DNA from: Tubiluchus corallicola
Lineage: Eukaryota; Animalia; Priapulida
Assembly: GCA_030141605.1 (NCBI GenBank)
Contig: JAQGDQ010000364.1
Span: forward strand, 170,586-234,585
Direction: 5' to 3'
DNA: 64,000 bases
Shown: positions 60,601-64,000 of the stretch, piece after piece
How positions within the stretch are numbered: the stretch's first letter is position 1
Layout: each line of letters begins with the position of its first letter
The notes under the pieces: model-generated
What the model saw: the letters and a program-made list of their open reading frames with translations, nothing else
What the model was told of the DNA's origin: nothing
Database searches by the model: none
Made by a program: the position numbers and the translations under genes

Positions 60601-63356
60601 GATATACAAAAATACGTAAGTAATAAAGATTAGTAAATACAGATATACAAAAATACGTAAGTAATAAAGATTAGTAAATACAGATATACAAAAATACGTA
60701 AGTAATAAAGATTAGTAAATACAGATATACAAAAATACGTAAGTAATAAAGATTAGTAAATACAGATATACAAAAATAAGTAAGCAATAAAGATTAGTAA
60801 ATACAGATATACAAAAATACGTAAATAATAAAGATTAGTAAACACAGATATACAAAAATATGTAAGTAATAAAGATTAGTAAATACATATATACAAAAAC
60901 ACGTAAGTAATAAAGATTAGTAAATACAGATATACAAACATACGTAAGTAATAAAGATTAGTAAATACAGATATACAAAAATACGTAAGTAATAAAGATT
61001 AGTAAACACAGATATACAAAAATACGTAAGTAATAAAGATTAGTAAACACAGATATACAAAAATACGTAAATAATAAAGATTAGTAAACACAGATATACA
61101 AAAATACGTAAGTAATAAAGATTAGTAAATACAGATATACAAAAATACGTAAGTAATAAAGATTAGTAAATACAGATATACAAAAATATGTAAGTAATAA
61201 AGATTAGTAAACACAGATATACAAAAATGCATAAGTAATAAAGATTAGTAAACACAGATATACAAAAATACGTAAGTAATAAAGATTAGTAAACACAGAT
61301 ATACAAAAATACGTAAGTAATGAAGATTACAGACATACAAAAACAGGTAAGTAATAAAGATTAGTAAATACAGATACACAAAAATACGTAAGTAATAAAG
61401 ATTAGTAAACACAGATATGCAAAAATATGTAAGTAATAAAGATTAGTAAATACAGATATACAAAAACACGTAATAAAGATTAGTAAAAACAAATAAACAA
61501 AAATATGTAAGTAATAAAGATTACAGACATACAAAAACAGGTAAGTAATAAAGATTAGTAGATACAGATACACAAAAATACGTGAGTAATAAAGATTAGT
61601 AAACACAGATATACAAAAATATGTAAGTAATAAAGATTAGTAAATACAGATATACAAAAATACGTAAATAATAAAGATTAGTAAACACAGATATACAAAA
61701 ATATGTAAGTAATAAAGATTAGTAAATACATATATACAAAAACACGTAAGTAATAAAGATTAGTAAATACAGATACACAAAAATACGTAAGTAATAAAGA
61801 TTAGTAAACACAGATATACAAAAATACATAAGTAATAAAGATTACAGACATACAAAAACAGGTAAGTAATAAAGATGAGTAAAAACAGATATACAAAAAT
61901 ACGTGAGTAATAAAGATTAGTAAACGCAGATACACAAAAATATGTAAGTAATAAAGATTAGTAAATACAGATACACAAAAATACGTAAGTAATAAAGATT
62001 AGTAAACACAGATATACAAAAATAGGCAAGTAATAAAAATTAGTAAATACAGATATAAAAAAAATAGGTAAGTAATAGAGATTAGTTAATACAGATAAAC
62101 AAAAAAAATAAGTAACATAGATTAGCAAATACAGATAGACAAAAATAAATAAGTAATAAAGATTAGTAAATACAGACATACAAAAACAGGTAAGTAATAA
62201 AGATTAGTAAATACAGATACACAAAAATATGTAAGTAATAAAGATTAGTAAACACAGATATACAAAAATACGTAAGTAATAAAGATTAGTAAATACAGAT
62301 ATACAAAAACACGTAATAAAGATTAGTAAAAACAAATAAACAAAAATATGTAAGTAATAAAGATTACAGACATACAAAAACAGGTAAGTAATAAAGATTA
62401 GTAAATACAGATACACAAAAATACGTGAGTAATAAAGATTAGTAAACGCAGATACACAAACATATGTAAGTAATAAAGATTAGTAAATACAGATATACAA
62501 AAACACGTAATAAAGATTAGTAAACACAGATATACAAAAATACATAAGTAATAAAGATTACAGACATACAAAAACAGGTAAGTAATAAAGATTAGTAAAA
62601 ACAGATATACAAAAATACGTAAGTAATAAAGATTAGTAAATACAGATACACAAAAATACGTAAGTAATAAAGATTTGTAAATACAGATATACAAAAATAC
62701 ATAAATAATAAAGATTAGTTAATACAGATAAACAAAAAAAATAAGTAACATAGATTAGCAAATGCAGATAGACAAAAATAAATAAGTAATAAAGATTAGT
62801 AAATACAGATACACAAAAATAAATAAGTAATAAAGATTTATAAATATAGATAAGCAAAAATAGGTAAGTAACAGAGATTAGTAAATACAAATGTACAAAA
62901 ATAGGTAAATCATAGTGCTATGTCTGAAAACAGGCTAGTGTAAACACAGACAAATTAGGGTGCAAAAAAACAGTACAGATAGGATACAAAATAGGAACAG
63001 ATACGATAGAGATTAAAACATCTTTCCAAAACAGCTCACAGGTGCATGTGCAACTGGGGTTATGAATAAAACAGAAACAGGTAGCAGAAAGAAATCAAAG
63101 AAAAAATTGGATGCTACTATACTATTGTATTTCTTCTTAAAAACAGCTAAAAATAGCTCCAAGTTATCTAAAAAATGCTTACCACCAAGTTTGATTCGTA
63201 CGAAGTTGTCTTGTGGACCGATGCATTCCATCATGATCCCTTGAGCTACCGTAGTTTTAAACTGGAACTGGATATCAAACGAGCGCCCGGTTTCCAGCGT
63301 GCCAAAGTTGATCGTCGCATCGGGGAGGCGAAATGTTGCCATGTTTTCAAACAAAT
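48411..63356 (-). CDS. Nrx-IV: Neurexin-IV / contactin-associated protein (CASPR/CNTNAP family), 3' part: LamG3-EGF-LamG4-TM-4.1 binding-PDZ ligand; exons 63356-63183, 60104-59886, 59406-59170, 56974-56795, 54702-54572, 51843-51747, 51276-51161, 50572-50413, 48601-48411
   Basis: Nine GT-AG exons join in frame. Seen: LamG motifs (FQFKTT, DNDVWHTVLAERNRKEA, GFRGCIS), EGF (CASNPCLNNGTC..CDC..GPIC), a TM helix, a band-4.1-binding motif (KGTYQTQE) and C-terminal KKKEYFL*. Confidence 0.93.
49149..49710 (+). mobile_element. Kolobok-like MITE, copy 4
   Basis: TTAAAGGAAAGCCGGACG ... CATCCGGTTTTCCTTTAA. Confidence 0.85.
50005..50135 (+). mobile_element. tRNA-derived SINE head with a Meta-domain-like core
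   Basis: A-box-like tggccttgtga and B-box-like gagttcaatac, then gtcataccaaagactttaaaaatggtacc. Confidence 0.55.
50413..50572 (-). CDS. Nrx-IV: Nrx-IV exon (stalk and start of TM)
   Basis: ttgcag| acceptor, G|gtattg donor, 160 nt. Confidence 0.9.
51161..51276 (-). CDS. Nrx-IV: Nrx-IV exon (TMGPGDGFRGCISRMSFDDQYPLK...)
   Basis: ctatag| acceptor, AAT|gtaagt donor, 116 nt. Confidence 0.92.
51747..51843 (-). CDS. Nrx-IV: Nrx-IV exon (IDDYEER...SIYVGRN)
   Basis: ttgcag| acceptor, G|gtaaac donor, 97 nt. Confidence 0.91.
51910..52364. mobile_element. Tc2/pogo-type MITE with the same ends as 42507-42889
   Basis: TA|CCGTATTTTCCCGTGTATAAGAGACCC ... GGGTCTCTTATACACGGGAAAATACGG|TA, perfect TIR. Confidence 0.9.
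52880..53060 (+). repeat. Dispersed repeat with a copy at about 59650-59820
   Basis: Shared ctgttttttgtgcaa...cccatctaacta.cgaatggc.aaat...gcgcaaatgc.aaatt. Confidence 0.7.
53416..54020 (-). mobile_element. RTE-type LINE RT C-terminal fragment with a duplicated 3' segment and (GAT)n runs
   Basis: Peptides LSLETKVRVLSTLVEPVFLRNAELWT..IDAFQRRLL and RRLHWIGHPLRLP; segment 53440-53527 repeated at about 53560-53643. Confidence 0.75.
54572..54702 (-). CDS. Nrx-IV: Nrx-IV exon (GLKFRFFYGW...ANGQHHDVIFYR)
   Basis: gtccag| acceptor, AAG|gtacgc donor, 131 nt. Confidence 0.9.
55061..55544. mobile_element. Tigger/pogo-like MITE (CAGTCAA TIR), long copy
   Basis: cagtcaatcttgggtataagg ... cccttatatctgaggttgactg|TA; homologous to 13324-13527. 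Confidence 0.85.
56795..56974 (-). CDS. Nrx-IV: Nrx-IV exon (LamG4)
   Basis: ctctag| acceptor, G|gtgaga donor, 180 nt. Confidence 0.92.
57596..57770. repeat. 22-bp minisatellite, about 8 copies (aatgtgacattgtaccaggtat)
   Basis: Read directly. Confidence 0.96.
57940..58520. mobile_element. Tigger-like MITE
   Basis: CAGTGTTCCCTC.CT ... AGCGAGGGAACACTG|TA. Confidence 0.85.
59170..59406 (-). CDS. Nrx-IV: Nrx-IV exon (end of LamG3 plus EGF)
   Basis: tcatag| acceptor, G|gtaagt donor, 237 nt; six-Cys EGF. Confidence 0.94.
59886..60104 (-). CDS. Nrx-IV: Nrx-IV exon (LamG3)
   Basis: ctatag| acceptor, G|gtatga donor, 219 nt. Confidence 0.93.
60505..62900. repeat. 41-bp AT-rich satellite (agtaataaagattagtaaatacagatatacaaaaatacgta), roughly 55-60 units with shorter variants
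   Basis: Read directly; starts right after a MITE end fragment at 60462-60501. Confidence 0.97.
63183..63356 (-). CDS. Nrx-IV: Nrx-IV exon (start of LamG3)
   Basis: tttcag| acceptor, G|gtaagc donor, 174 nt. Confidence 0.92.
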
Positions 63357-63504
63357 CTGAAAAAATGCGAAGATTAATGTTATGTCAGAAATGGAAAGAA
63401 ATGCAAATTTCGAGTCTTAAGACTTAAGTTTTAAGATTGCATGTAATGAGACGTAAGTCTGGAAATAAGAAATCAGTTTAAAACACATAGTCTTTAGTAA
63501 GACT

Positions 63505-63950
63505 CAGAAAGTGGCCAAAGAAAATACCAAACCAGGAGATCTGTATAACAAAACTCAAGGCAGAGGAATGGACAGTTAAAATTAAAAGGAGAAGATTAAG
63601 ATGGATAGGACATGTTATGCGACTACCAGATGACAGGTTGTGGGTCACAGGGCAGCATGGAGTTAATGGGAGGTTGTGGGTGACAGGGCAGCATGGAGTT
63701 AATGGGAGGTTGCGGGTGACAGGGCAGCATGGAGTTAATGGGAGGTTGTGGGTGAAAGGGCGGTGTGGAGTTAATGGGAGGTTGTGGGTGAAAGGGCAGC
63801 ATGGAGCTAATGGGACGTTGTGGGTGACAGGGCAGCATGGAATGGAGTTAATGGAAGGTTGTTTATGTCAGGACAGCATTATTTAAAGTGATTGCAAGAG
63901 TCATGTCAGAGGATGTGTGATTCCAGAAGTGAAATAAAAATGATGCTGGG
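63505..63950 (+). mobile_element. RTE-type LINE 3' fragment containing a 36-bp G-rich tandem array (about 63636-63880)
   Basis: Flanks match the reverse complement of 10620-10960; unit gggaggttgtgggtgacagggcagcatggagttaat. Confidence 0.85.
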
Positions 63951-64000
63951 TTGCCAAACATCATATCCAAAATCGGACAAAGCACCTCATAGGCTGCCTC

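Noticed and set aside
61361-62890. Hydrophobic ORFs (LLIFITY repeats) that look like membrane proteins
   Set aside because: They are translations of the T-rich strand of the 41-bp satellite.
63617-63886. Repetitive ORFs (GRLWVTGQHGVN and PCHPQPPINSML) as a structural protein
   Set aside because: They come from a 36-bp minisatellite inside a LINE fragment in an Nrx-IV intron.

Overview
AT-rich, intron-rich animal genomic DNA, most likely an invertebrate; the species cannot be identified from the sequence. It holds three spliced genes assembled by hand from splice sites and reading frame. (1) The 3' seven coding exons of Nemo-like kinase (NLK/nemo) on + (12812-21727); its upstream exons lie before the window. 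(2) A complete 6-exon, 264-aa TLC-domain membrane protein gene (TLCD4/TMEM56-like) on - (40394-26908), convergent with NLK. (3) The 3' nine coding exons of Neurexin-IV/CASPR on - (63356-48411). Introns and UTRs carry many non-autonomous DNA transposons (hAT with 8-bp TSDs; Kolobok- and piggyBac-like with TTAA; Tc2/pogo/Tigger-like with TA), decayed LINE and SINE pieces, and six tandem arrays (22, 31/25, 36, 41, 61 and 69 bp). Most notable: two unrelated MITE families each show the same structure, an element end plus 220-250 bp of unique flank copied from a paralogous copy about 30 kb away, followed by a full element. This points to local ectopic template-switch repair between MITEs. Other candidates are a U12-type intron acceptor, a hinge E>K change and a possible alternative microexon in NLK, pairwise loss of a LamG disulfide in Nrx-IV, and an intronic Nrx-IV satellite built from STAR-protein (ACUAAY) motifs. 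No prokaryotic-type system is present. Family names come from recalled motifs, not from database searches.
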